Part shown: piece by piece, positions 38,875-52,947 of the stretch
Layout: every line of letters begins with the position of its first letter
Position numbering within the stretch: the first letter of the stretch is position 1
From: Cycas panzhihuaensis
Lineage: Eukaryota; Plantae; Cycadophyta
Assembly (NCBI GenBank): GCA_023213395.1
Contig: CM041465.1
Span: 72,485,741 to 72,549,740, forward strand
Reading direction: 5' to 3'
Length of the DNA stretch: 64,000 nucleotides
Made by a program: the position numbers and the translations under genes
Notes under the pieces: generated by a model
Seen by the model: the letters and a program-made list of their open reading frames with translations, nothing else
Told to the model about the DNA's origin: nothing
The model's database searches: none

Positions 38875-39217
38875 ATTATTATTATTACTTTTATTATTAT
38901 TAAAAAATTATTATTATTATAAAGTCAACCCATAAAGTGGCCTATCTTAACACATATAAATAGGGGACACCCTAATTTAATAATGTATGATTTATTATTA
39001 CATTTTATAATTAGACTAATATATATTATTTCATCACTTTAGTGCTTGAGAAACCATCAATCTATTGTAGTCTACTATTTTATTTTTTAATTTAAATATT
39101 TATATGATTAGATCTAAATTGTTGAAGTATATCTATGTTACTACTACTCTATTATTGAATACTTGTTATTTATTACTAGATAATAATTTGGGTCTACTAT
39201 ATTTTGGTATCATAGCC
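38798..39217 (+). mobile_element. 5' LTR plus PBS of an LTR element with a non-coding leader; contains (ATT)n at ~38820-38920
   Basis: tgttagaatc at 38798 and PBS tggtatcatagcc at 39205-39217. No partner LTR was identified. Confidence 0.55.
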
Positions 39218-39676
39218 ACATAAGATTGGCTTCAAAGTGTGTGAGCTTGTTCACCTTATTTTGAGGTTTATATAAGTGGGTATGTTGTAGGTTCATTGGT
39301 ATATGAGCACTACCCAAGTAGAGGAGAGGTCATTATTAGGGTTTTCAACTAGTAGAAGAGGCCACTTACTATTAAAGAGTGTATTATGAGGAGGTGAATA
39401 AGCATTCATTGATGATTAAAAAGAGGCCATCATGCATGGGATTATTTGTCATTATGAACATCTAATCATTATATATTTGCATGAGAAGGTCTTATACAAT
39501 TATTATTTAATTGGTCTCCCCCATATTTTGATCATAGGATCCACCATCTTTATGTTGGAAGATAAATTAGAGTGCAGAGTAGAGTAGGTATGTAATAATT
39601 ATTCTATCTTGAGAAACATAAGTGAAAATATCATATTAATCAAGTTATTGTTGAAAGCATATGTCAAATCTCCAAT

Positions 39677-42262
39677 TGTTAGTGGTGTCTAAAGACACCA
39701 AGGATGAATAACCCCGAAAATATATAATTGTGAGGGAGGAGGGAAACCTCCTTAACCTCAAAAATTTAAATAATAATAAAATAATATATAACTAAATATA
39801 AGATTAACCTTACCTAACTTACCTTAACATGTGTGCATTCATATGTACAAAAGATAGGAGTGGGGTGATGAGTATTAACCCTAACAAACTCCTCCTTAAT
39901 ATTCATCATCATCATTCTTCATTTCTCCTTGAATTTATGCTACTTGTACTTAAAAATAACTTTGAAAATTTGTTCTTTAGCTTGATAGCCAACATGCTTA
40001 ATGTAGTCAACAACAAATTACTTTGTCATTCTTTTAACAAACTATCTTTCTAATATTATATAGTGAGAGTAGCTTCCAAGTAGATGTTGTAAATGTAGCT
40101 TGATTTGAATGAATAGAAATAGCTTTATTGTGATCTTTGACCTTCACTTGAGTTGAGTTCATGATACATAACATCTTATCAAATGTGACATTAGAATCAT
40201 TATTTTCATTGAAAACTATACTAGTACAAGAAATATTAGACTTTTCTTCATGTGGTACATACTATACTATCTGTCTCCCAAGAAAAATATTATTAATGTA
40301 GTTAGTAATATTAAAATCTAGGGAATCTCTCCTATAAAGCAAATCTAATGTATTTTATACTAATTTGGATGTAGTCATTTCTAAAACATTAGAAAACACA
40401 TTATCATTGATGCTACAAAATAAAAGTGTAAGGGTTTCATTGTCTCTTTTCAAGTCTTCTTTATTGTTTGGTTCATATCTCTCATTGATATATTTCTAAA
40501 GGTTATTTAAGATTAGGTATGCTTTCATAATAGTCCTTAAAAGTTGAAAATCATTACGATTAAATACTAGAAAACTAATATTATTTGAATTCATTGTTAT
40601 TATATAAAATTTTTAGTACACAATCAACAATATGGCTTTCAATGAATGAATAATCTTCAAGTGAAAGTATGATGAAAGACTTTATAAAGTCATAATGATT
40701 ATAAGTAAAAGGTGATCAATATAGTTTTCTTCTTTTATTCAAGAAAAAAAAAATAACTCAAAATAAATCTTTTAAGCAAGATAAAATATGAAGATTAAAC
40801 TTTCATAAAATGAAAAACTTCCTTCAAATGAAAATGTGATACAAACTTATTCAAATCACAATAAAGTAAGTAAATATATTAATGATGTTCTTCTTCTTCA
40901 AATAAACCAAGGAACATAAGCTAGTATGCAAACTAATGTCTTCAAATTGATATATTTATAGGAAATACAAGAAACTATATGCTCCTTTTGAATGCAATAT
41001 AATAAGAAATTCTTTAATGCTTTGAATGTCAACTAGATTTTTAGACAAATAATCAATGAAAATTTACAACTAAACTTTATAGCTTGTAAGTTAAAAAGGG
41101 AATTAAGCTCTTTGATTAAAAAATAAAATGATTTCTTATCTAATATGTAAGATAATATAAATGCCAAATTATTCCTTTATAAAGCAAGAATAACTATATG
41201 AAACTTGAAATTTATAAATAGAATATATACTCAAAGTGATTAAAAATACCAAGAAATTGTATGTATTCATTTGATAATGAAGAAATGAAATAGATTCAAT
41301 ATAGATAGTACTTGTTTGATGATTTTATAGCACATAGGTTACTTAAAGCTTTAGGTGCTGAAAATGATATCAGTTGGCTATAAAATAGCTTAGAATATGT
41401 ACAAAAACTAATAATAACTCCAAAAATTGATTAGCAATAAATAATGATTAAAATATAATCATTTTAAATAATGAAATACTAAAAAAATATTATAAAACAA
41501 GTATGTCTATGACTAAACTAGAACCTCAACTTGATCAACTTTAAAAACCTACAAAATAATGTCAAAATATAATAAAATTTATTCTAACTTAAATTACTCT
41601 GAAATACCTTTCTAACAAATCTTGCGGTTCAAAAATCAAAGTTGAAATGACAAAGTTATTGTAGAAAATATAAGCAGGCCTCTTTAAAGCTAATAGAGTA
41701 ACAACTAAAAATGGGGTCAATTTGACCAATTAAAACTTAGCCGAAACGAGCTCAAATTTAACAAGTAATAATACCACACTACAATGCTCTAAAATATGGT
41801 CCTAATGAGACCAGTTTCACTAAAAACTGGTATACTAATGATAAGTTACAACATTAAATATGTTAGGGTCTCTTAAGGTAAAAAATATAAAGAAAACCTT
41901 AATAAAACAAGTTAGCCCCTTTTAAAAGATAGGGTGCACAATCATATGGAGTATATTTAAACCAAAACTTAGATCTCTATTAGGGTAGCAAACCTACAAC
42001 ACTAAGCAAATGCTCGTCTATGGTTGAAGGCACCCAAGGTCAAAAAAAAAATCTTTAAAAAGGAGAAAATAACCTCTTAATATGCTCGAAAGTTAAATAA
42101 ACCAAAAAATATATAATTGTAAGGAAGAAGAGAAACCTCCTCAACATCCAAAATTCAAACAATAATAAAATAATATATAACTAAATCTAAAATTAACATT
42201 ACCTAACTTACCTTAACATATGTGCAACAGGTGGGAGTGGGATGATGAACATTAACCCTAAT
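39677..42262 (-). mobile_element. Non-autonomous Copia-derived element with short LTRs and a gag stub only
   Basis: Direct repeats ~39707-39885 and ~42092-42262 ending ccctaaca / ccctaata. Minus-strand PPT AAGGAGGAG at ~39888-39898. The gag N-terminus MNSNNISFLVFNRNDFQLLRTIMKAYLILNNL*KYI starts at 40594. No pol and no clear TSD. Confidence 0.75.
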
Positions 42263-42482
42263 ATTTTGAAGTGATCATCTATTGATTAAGAGCTTATCTA
42301 ATGGAATGTAGTGTATTTGATACATCAAATTTTGATTGCTTCTCCCCCATATGGATTCTAAAATGATTATAACAAGAACAACAAAATGCTGAAATTGCAT
42401 AACTTTTGATATACTCATCTAATGTTAGTGATCTTACTACCCATTTAAAGGAAATTTAAGTGATCTTACCATCTTATTCTTG

Positions 42483-42655
42483 GCAATTATTGTATCTATT
42501 TACTTTGGAATATAAAAATCTAATTTATATCCTCTCTTTTTTTTTAATTATTGGGTTAGGGTATTTTTGCCAATTATTGCATCTATTTACTTTAATATTT
42601 AAAAATCTAATTTATATCTTACATGTATTTCTTTGCTAAATTATTGGGTTGGGTC
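42483..42655 (+). repeat. Diverged tandem duplication, ~80-bp unit x2
   Basis: caattattg.atctatttacttt...aaaaatctaattt...aattattgggtt occurs at ~42484 and ~42570. Confidence 0.8.
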
Positions 42656-43367
42656 TACACTAAGGATCCTTATTCATCCAACTTTGGTAAGAAAGTTTGG
42701 GGGATGATATTTTCTCTAATATGTTTTTTAAAATAAGATACATGGAAGATATTATATATCCTATTGTCTAATAGGTTTTGAGCTAATCTACTACTCCATT
42801 GATCCTCCTTTATACTTGTAATCATCCAGATAACTTGGGTTGGAGTTTATGCTTATCAAATTTCTTCACGGAAGTTTGTTTATGAGGCTATAGTCTCATA
42901 AATACCCAATCACGCATCGTAAATTATCTTCTGAGTGACATAGATCATGATGTTGTTTCATTTTATTCCTCACTATAAAGATGTCTTCTATTTCTTTTAT
43001 TTGTAGCTTTATAGTTAGGGCCTTAAACTATGTAATAGTATAGATTATTAATGGTGGCTTATGGTGATAGAATACTTTTAATGGTGACATTTAAATTTTC
43101 ATGTGGTATATGGTATTGTACCACTATTCTACTAAATATATCCACTTATGTCAATGTGACTTTTTATCTTATGTAAAACATCTAAGGTATCCTTCTAATA
43201 TTTATTTACTACTTCTATTTATTCATATATTTAAGGTTATTATATAATATTCATAGCTAATTCAGCCCCCACTAAGTTGAATGTAGCATTCCAGAAGTTG
43301 TTAGTAAATTTTGAATCATGATCACTCCCAGTAACATTAGAGAAACTAGGTAATTGATGAATTTCTT

Positions 43368-44755
<1,388 letters not shown>

Positions 44756-45312
44756 TCTTTTGGAATGGTATATATTACTTAGCTTGCCTTAAAATTTATT
44801 TGTATTCCCTTCAAATGCATATGCTTTATAAATCTATTGACAACCATAAATATTATATTTTTCTCCTCTAAGTTTGGCAAGTTAGTAATAAAGTCCATTA
44901 ATATTTCTTTCTATTTTCTTTTAAGAATATATAATGGTTGAAGGAGACCTAGGATCTTAATTATCTCATATGTGTTTCTTTGGCAAGTATTGTTAACTTC
45001 TAATCTTTATTTACAGCTCATAATCTTGGGTTATTAGCCTCCCCTTTAATATTTATATTGTATTAGTGAATTTCATATTAATATGAGTGATGAGTTATTA
45101 GGGATTACAACTCTTACTTCATATATGTCATTTAGTTAGGATTAGAATTCTATTTTGGTGTTGTATTTATGTATGTATAGTGCATTATAAATATTGTAAT
45201 GAGAGAACATTATGGTTGAGATTGTGTTAATTAATTTAAAAGTAATTTTTATTTTTATTGATAGTTAACTCCTTGATTTTGGTTTCTCCATTATATGCTT
45301 TGTTGTTTAGCA

Positions 45313-45323
45313 TGGTATCAAAG
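45313..45323 (+). promoter_or_regulatory. PBS-like site of an unresolved LTR remnant
   Basis: ...ttagCA|TGGTATCAAAG; the upstream ~300 bp is LTR-like and T-rich. Confidence 0.45.
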
Positions 45324-45635
45324 AAATCTTAGGTGCAATATTAGTTGTATTTATTAATTATTGCATAGTCTTTAGGTTTATAACTATAATTTAATGTTAT
45401 AATTTATAGGTGTCTAAGTTATGTACAATATTTATAAAAATTATTAATTTTTATACTATCTTAAAATCTAACTTTTAGTTAGATGTTGTAAATATTATTT
45501 ATCAATTAAGTTATTTAGTTGTTAAATAGGGTCAAAATTGCATATTATAGGGATTTCATTTATAGGCTTAAATATTTAATTTGATGTAGGAAAATACCTT
45601 ATCTAATGAGCATTCTAGATAGCTTTTTACTTACA

Positions 45636-45745
45636 CAGAAGTCTATAGCTTAATGGTAGAGCATTTAAAAGGAAGCCACCATGGGAAAATGGACATGCCA
45701 TGTTAAAGTAGAAACCACCTAGGATTAACTCTAGGCACTGAAAAA
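45636..45745 (+). pseudogene. Possible tRNA-derived relic (tRNA pseudogene or SINE head)
   Basis: A-box/D-arm-like tagcttaatggtagagca (45646-45663) and a T-arm-like hairpin cctagg-attaact-ctagg (45718-45735); the spacing is longer than in an intron-less tRNA. Confidence 0.35.
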
Positions 45746-48700
45746 TAAAGAGATATATGTCATTATTACGGTAATATACTTTAATTTTTGCATTATATTG
45801 GATGGTTGAGAGGTGACAGCTAAATGATATTTAAAAATCATTAAAAAGGTATTAAAAGGCATTTTTATAACCTTTGAAATAGAGATGTTTATCAAAAGTT
45901 AAATATTTATAAAGAATATTCTAAAATATAAATTTTATAATTTTAAAACTATAGAAAACTCAAATATTTCTCCTAATATAAATGTTAATATGTAAATACA
46001 ATCAATGAAGTGTTAAATAGATGGCAACCTATGAACATGAAGGTGAGGGTTAGGTATAAATCATGATGAATTTTTCATTGATGTCTAATTGATTTATTGC
46101 TAGTTTTCTACTATGAATTCATAAACAATAATGGTGATTACCATCTATGAGATTACCCACAAAAAATTTTTAGCAAGGGATTTACACAATCATTACTATC
46201 ATGACATAGGAAGACATTAAATGAAAAGGACCAAAAAATGCCTAAAGAAGAGGATGTTGCCAATGTAGCAGGGAAGAAACTACTCATCAAGATTCCATGG
46301 AGCAATGGAGGAGAATGAAGGAAGATGCCCACCAAAATACTATCAACAAGGAAAGATTAAAATGTCTATTTGAGGGCCATAATTTAAATTCAAGTTTGCA
46401 AACACTAAAGAGATGTCATTGGTAATAGTAGTTAGAAGGAAGAGATTGAAAGATGTTATAAAATAGCACATCCATAGTTGAAAAAGCACACATAGCTTAT
46501 AAAACAGAGAAGGAAACCACACCTAAGAAGTTGCCCATATGTTAATGAAAGAGAGGAAGGAGAAAGGAATGATTTTGTACATGAAATGGCCATTAGATAT
46601 TATATACAAAGATATACAGGTGCATAAATTTGACATAATTAGTTAGATTCTCAAAGGAAATGCTCAAATGAGAGCAAAAATTAAATTTTTAAAGAGGCAA
46701 AGTGCTGATTGCATCTATAGAGGGAATATTCTATGAGGGACTTTGGTTAAAATTTATTTTTCATTTAACAAAGTCTAAGTGATATTAAATCATATTAAAA
46801 TTTGATTTAAAGTCTATGACAAAGCCCCATGCCTACTAGCCTACAGTCACGTGGTCATTTGGGAGTTAGATTCATTGCTAGACAATTTGGTGCTAATTTT
46901 AAGAAAATAAATACACCACGATGCCCATATTTTAAGACCGACAATCTGGTAATGGTTACAATAATTTTGTATAAATTTTTGATGAAAAGAGAATTTTTTG
47001 TATTTTTTTTGTATGATTCAGACTCCCTACAAGTATACCAAGGAAATAAAATCTCTATTACTATCAACTTGCATATAGATTGAAGACTTTTATAACTTTC
47101 TTACTTTATTTATGTGTTTGTTTATCTACTTTCTAATTATTTTCTATTTATTTTCTACTGAAAATAGCTAGTGGAGGTAGTATAGTAGGTATAATCATTA
47201 AAAAGCTAATAGGTTTTGAGAATTATACTATTTGAAAACATTATATGTTTAATTTTTCCATTTGAATGGTCTTTAGAAGTATGTAGATAACTATATAATG
47301 AAAAAAACTATAACAAAAATTACTATTAGAATATAATACATATTTGTCACATGAAATGTAATTGGCTAAGTAAAAGGTAATGTATAATTGGTCAATATAA
47401 GGGCAAAATATTATTGGATGTAAGTAAGGAAAATGATTCCCACATATATGCACAACATGACTATATAAAGATGTAATAGGTGAGATGTAATTAATAATTA
47501 TTAAAGATAATAATCAAAATATCATGATGTTATTTTATTAAGAGGTATTTATGATACCAATCCATTCTTCGGTAATAATATTACGTGGGTTAATCTTCTA
47601 ATAGAGTACCAAAGCATACACAACAAGCAAGTGATGGCAAACTTTAGCACACAAGTGAACACATAGTGGTTAGGATGCAAACCAAGGATAATGCATAGAA
47701 GCAGAAGCAATATTCACAAGTGCTTCAATACGTAGGCAATATTTTCATGTGATAGACAATGAAGGATAAAGGGTGAAACCTGATGGAAAGAACACATATA
47801 AATTGCCATGGACAAGACAAGTAGGTTAATATGAAATAAGACTAAATAGAGGTAACTAGGTTTCACATAGAAACAAATAGAGAAATAGAGGTAAATAGTC
47901 AAAAAAATAAAGACAATGATCTCAAAATAGAGATAAATGGCCCAAACAATTTCTTTTTGTTAATTTGGACCTGTATTCAAAATGGGGCCTAATGGGGTGA
48001 AATAGGTCATTATTCTTACCAAAGGAAAATAAACTTAATCATCAAAATAGCCCTCAAATGGGATTTTAATAAGGTTTTACCTCTTAATAGCCTATCAAAC
48101 AAACTTCAATTATGAACAATATATCATGGAGTAATTAAACTAAGAAAATAAACAAATATTTTACTTATAGAATGGGCTTGAAGTGACTCAATATAATTGG
48201 TAATCTTCAGTCAAATAACACATTGTTATGTCTCCTAATTTTAACTTCTTACCTCCACCAACACTCTTATACCATGTTAGAAAATCAGCCCTGGTGGTGG
48301 CCTAATTAAGCTCATTAATAAAATTTTAAAGGAGGTAAAAGATGGTTCTAATTGAAGGGATAACTAATGAATATCCCAAATTTGAGGGATATGCTTGATT
48401 ATGCTTACTTTTACTACTTCTAGTTATGTTCATGATTGATTTATACTTGTGGTGGTTGATTTATAAATCTTTGTTTATTGATTTATATTTTAAATTAACT
48501 TTCTCATTATCATCTTTCTCCACTCTAAATTTTTTGGTTATTCCCAAATTTAATAGCAAAAATTATTTTATGTGATAAAAAAGAATTAAACCTACTCTAC
48601 AATTAAGAGAATTATAGAAGATTATTTCTAAAGGCTTTATAGCTCTTGTTCCTATTTCTCTTGTAACTCAGTTAACTCCTGATGAAGAGACAATTAAAGT

Positions 48701-49722
48701 TTAACTTAAGAGAAAATATAATAAAGCACTTTCATTCATTTTTTTCTACTATCGATGGTATAATTTTCCCTTATATTTATAATCTTGTAACTTCTCATGA
48801 TAAATGGAATACTTTAGAAATTTTATTTAAATGAGGAACTAATACAAGTATTCAAAACTTGAGAAGAAAATTTGAGAATCTCAAGATGTCTCCTTCTAAA
48901 CTTATTAATGCATTTGTCATTAGAGTTTAGGATGTTATTAATCAGTTCACTTCATTAGGTGAATAAGTTTCCAAATAAAGAGTTGTAGAAAAGATTCTTA
49001 GAAGTGTTGGAGAAGTAATGAATTTTGAGAATGTGACTACAATAATTAAAGTAGAAAAAGACTTATCAACATAAAATATTTATAAGTTACTCTCTATGAT
49101 TTTGATAATTGAAGAGAAAAATATCATAATTAAAGAATTGGAATAAGCTTTTACCTATAAGGCAAACTTAACAGGGTGATTCAAGAGACCATAAAAGCAA
49201 GGTCAAGGATATGCATCAACACCAACATCATCATTAGCATTTGCATTAACATAATTATCAGTATTTGGATAAGGAAGTTATGGATATAGATAAGGACAAG
49301 GCCAATTTTATACTTCAAGAAGGGAAAGATCTAGAGGAAGAAGTCATATTCCACCAAGAGGATAAAGTTCATCTCAAGGGAGAGGAAGAACACTATCTTA
49401 AGGAATTAGAAAAAGAAAAGGATTTATTCCAAATTTCTACAAATGTGGAATATAAGGATATTTCTCTTATGAATGTCAAAAGGATGATATGGCTAATACA
49501 ACTACAAATAGAAATAGAAATCTTTTCTATACAAGTTTGAATGTGGAATCTTCTAATGATAAGAATGATGAATGGTATATTATTTCTAGCTATTCTATAT
49601 ATATGCCCTATAACACTAAAATGTTTTCTAAACTTGAAGAAGAAAATAATCAAAGGAAAGATAATTTTTGAAATGATAATATATAAGAAGTTCAAAGACA
49701 AGGAGTTATAAATATTAAAACA

Positions 49723-50101
49723 TGTAATGACATCTTAGTTGTAAAATTTATGTATAATATCTTTATATCTAATATAATTTTAGGGCATCCACTTATACAT
49801 TATGATATAATCAATAAATTGGTTGGGTCTACCCACTTTGTCGATACATCGGCCAATTATATTCAAATATTTCAAGTCATTATGCTTATAAATTGAGCGT
49901 ATACCCTATGCTATGTACATTAAAAAAATTTACATATGGAAGCTCTACTAAAATTAAGAATGATCAGTCAACCAATTTGGAAATCAAATTGTTCTACAAT
50001 TTGTTTGCTCATTCATCTTATATTATTTTAGTTTATGTTTTTGATTTATATGTGAATGCACATATATTTGATCCTATCAACAAATTTAATAATAACTATA
50101 T
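49723..50101. mobile_element. ~380-bp insertion (probable solo LTR) in the protease region
   Basis: The host frame IKT|KSGENKSIQNVLF is rejoined when the segment is removed. It begins tgtaa and is flanked by aaaca / aaata. Confidence 0.6.
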
Positions 50102-51499
50102 AAATAAAAAGTGGAGAAAACAAAAGTATCCAAAATGTATTATTTCTATATGGATTAAAGAAAATTTTATTATCTGTTAGATAAATAATGGAACAATAGT
50201 ATAAGATATTTTTTGATAATGGTGAATGTGAAATTAGTAGTAAGTTAAACAATAGGATGATAGTTGTTAAAGGTCAAATGATCAATAATAGATTATTTAA
50301 ACTTGTACTTTCTCCATCAATCTAAGTACTTAATACTTCACTTTCAAATGAAATTATATTTTGGCATCATAGATTTGGACATCTCAATTATGGAGGACTT
50401 ATTACCTTAAGAAAGAAAGGTATAGTTATTAAACATCCATTCATACAAGGTAATAATGGAGTATGTGAATGTTACATTTATAGCAAACAACATAAAGAAA
50501 ACTTTCTAGATTCAAAATTTCAATCCAAATATCCACTATAATTTATACATATAAATTTATATGGTTCTATAAGTACACCAACATTTAGGAATGCCAAATT
50601 CTTCTTAATTCTTGTTTATGATTTTACAAAAAAAAAATTGGGTATATTTCCTTAGAGTGAAGTCTAAAATATTTTTAGGATTTATTAAATTCAAAGTAAT
50701 GGTTGAAAGTAAAAGTATAAAATGTATTTTCATAAGCTAGTTAAATAACAAATAACTTATAGATCATTTGATCCAGTAAAAAAGAAAGTTTTTATTAAGT
50801 AGAGATGTGATCTTTGATGAAAATACAATATTCAAACCTAAAGAAGATAAAGGAAAATAGGTTATAGTTGAAGTTAATTTAAAACCAATTCAAACTTCAT
50901 CATTTATAAGTTCAAGTTTAAATCAGAATTCAAGTTCAACTATGAGTTTATCATCCAACCCAAGCACAGAACAAGTTATAAGTCTAAAATGACTCTTTAA
51001 AAGTCATAATTCTAAAGTAATACTTGATAGAAATTTTAATCAAAGGTTCACAAGGTCTCAAATAAGAGTTAATTTTGTTTTAATAACTCAACTAATATAA
51101 AATGATGAACCTTATTCCTTTAAAGAAGTTGTTACAAATAAAAATTAAATTGAACCAATGGAAGTTGAATATTATCCTTTGTATAGAAATAAAACATGGG
51201 ATTTGGTAGAGTTATTTGCTGACAAAGAATTAATTAGTACAAAGTAGATATGCAAAGCTAGAGACTTAATTCATAAATGTATGATAAGACTTATATCAAA
51301 GGGATATGCTCAATAGGAAGGAATTAATTATAAAGAAACCTTTGTTCCTACTTCTAGAATGGATACAATCAAAAGTATCTTATCTTTAATTACTCATCAA
51401 GGTTGGATCGTATATCATATAGATGTTAAGTTAGAATTTCTTAATGGATATATTAATAAAGAAATCTACATTACTCAACTTCAAGGATTCAAAGTTAAT

Positions 51500-51586
51500 G
51501 GATATAAAAACTTAGTATACAAGTTAAAGGACATAAAAAGTTAGTATATAAGTTAAAGGACATAAAAACTTAGTATACAAGTTAAA
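51500..51586 (+). repeat. 29-bp tandem repeat x3 in RT
   Basis: ggatataaaaacttagtatacaagttaaa repeated with 1-2 mismatches. Confidence 0.95.
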
Positions 51587-52669
51587 AAACGTTTTGTATG
51601 GACTAAAACAAGCCCCAAGTTCTTGGTATTCTAGGATTGATAAATATTTTCAAGATACACAAATTTAAAAAAGTTCATCAAACTCAAATATATATGACAA
51701 GATTATAGAAACTTAAATTTTAATAATTTTTCTTTATGTCGATGATCTCATATACACTAGAAAGAATGATGAAATATTCTAGAAATTAAAAAATGACCTA
51801 AACTCAAAATTCAAAATGACAGATTTAGGATAATTATATTATTTTCTTAACATAAAAATTTTATAATGTGAAAGTGGTATCCTTATGTTACAAAGCAAAT
51901 ATACTATGGAAATTTTGAAGAAATTTAACATAAGTGGTTATAAATCAAGTTTTACTCGTGTTGAAGTTAAGTAAAAATGAAGATTCTATTTCAATTGATT
52001 CTACTTGTATTATCAAATTGATAAGAAATCTAATTTAATTGATGAATATGTGACCAAACATAGCATATGTAATAAACTTAACTTCAAGCTTCATGTTAAA
52101 ACCCAAAGAAGAAGATTGGGATGTAGAAAAGAGAATTCTAAAATACATCAAAGAAATATTGAATTATGGATTGTAGTATACTTCATGAGATAAATTCAAA
52201 TTAGTTGGTTATTTAGATATAAATTTAATAAGAGATATTAAAGATAAAAAATCTATTTCAGCATATATATCCAATATTGATTTAGTATCAATAGCTTGGA
52301 ATACAAAGAAACAACTAGTAGTTTCTTTATCTATAGTAAAAGTCGAGTACAAAGCAATTGAAGTAGCAACACGAGAAGTGGTGTGGACTAAAAGAATTCT
52401 AAAAGATCTACATAAACTGACATTTATCTTCTATGATAATTAAAGTATAATTTAAATGACCAAGAATCTAGTTATGCATAACAAAATAAACCATATTGAA
52501 ATCAAACATTATTACATCAGAGAATTATTTTAGCATTAATAAATTAAACTTTGGTATTGCAAGATAGAAGACCAAGTTGTAGGCATTCTCACCAAAGTAT
52601 TATCAAAGACTAAGTATTTTTAACAAAGAGAAAATATTAGTATAATACCAAATATAAATTATAGAGTAC

Positions 52670-52947
52670 TATTAGAATATAATACGCATTTATCATATGA
52701 AATATAATTGGCTAGGTAAAAGGTCATGTATAATTGGTCAATATAGAGGCTAAATATTATTGGATATAAGTGAGGCAAATGATTCTCACATATGCCCATA
52801 GCATGACTATATTAAAATGTAATAGGTAAGGTATAATCAATGATTATTGATTATAATAGAAATATCATGATACTATTCTATTGAGAGGTATCTCATGATA
52901 CCAATCTATTCATGGGCAATAATACTCTATGGTTTAATTTTCTAATA
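52670..52947 (+). repeat. 3' LTR of Copia 47324-52947
   Basis: Aligns with 47324-47603. Confidence 0.92.

Larger units (their letters stand above)
48505..52650 (+). pseudogene. Copia gag-pol pseudogene with the integrase core deleted
   Basis: gag IPKFNSKNYF at ~48540, RT ORF 51359-51544 and RNase H INHIEIKHYYIRE at ~52485-52525. Confidence 0.9.
47324..52947 (+). mobile_element. Ty1/Copia element with paired LTRs, heavily decayed
   Basis: LTRs 47324-47603 and 52670-52947; perfect TSD attac (47319-47323 / 52948-52952); WHHRFGHLNY, DVKLEFLNG and LYVDDL motifs. Confidence 0.93.

Noticed and set aside
45760-46790. Possible DNA-transposon remnant, or LTR plus degenerate PBS (aagtgatattaaatc at ~46778)
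   Set aside because: No terminal inverted repeats, TSD or transposase motif could be confirmed by eye, so it is left unannotated.
46829-47083. Possible host gene exon(s) with a GT...AG intron-like segment and a CACGTG box
   Set aside because: There is no recognisable protein motif. It lies directly upstream of a Copia gag start (~47165) and is better explained as a retrotransposon leader.
51500-51586. 29-bp repeats resembling a CRISPR array
   Set aside because: They are head-to-tail with no spacers and lie inside a eukaryotic RT coding region, so this is a slippage duplication.
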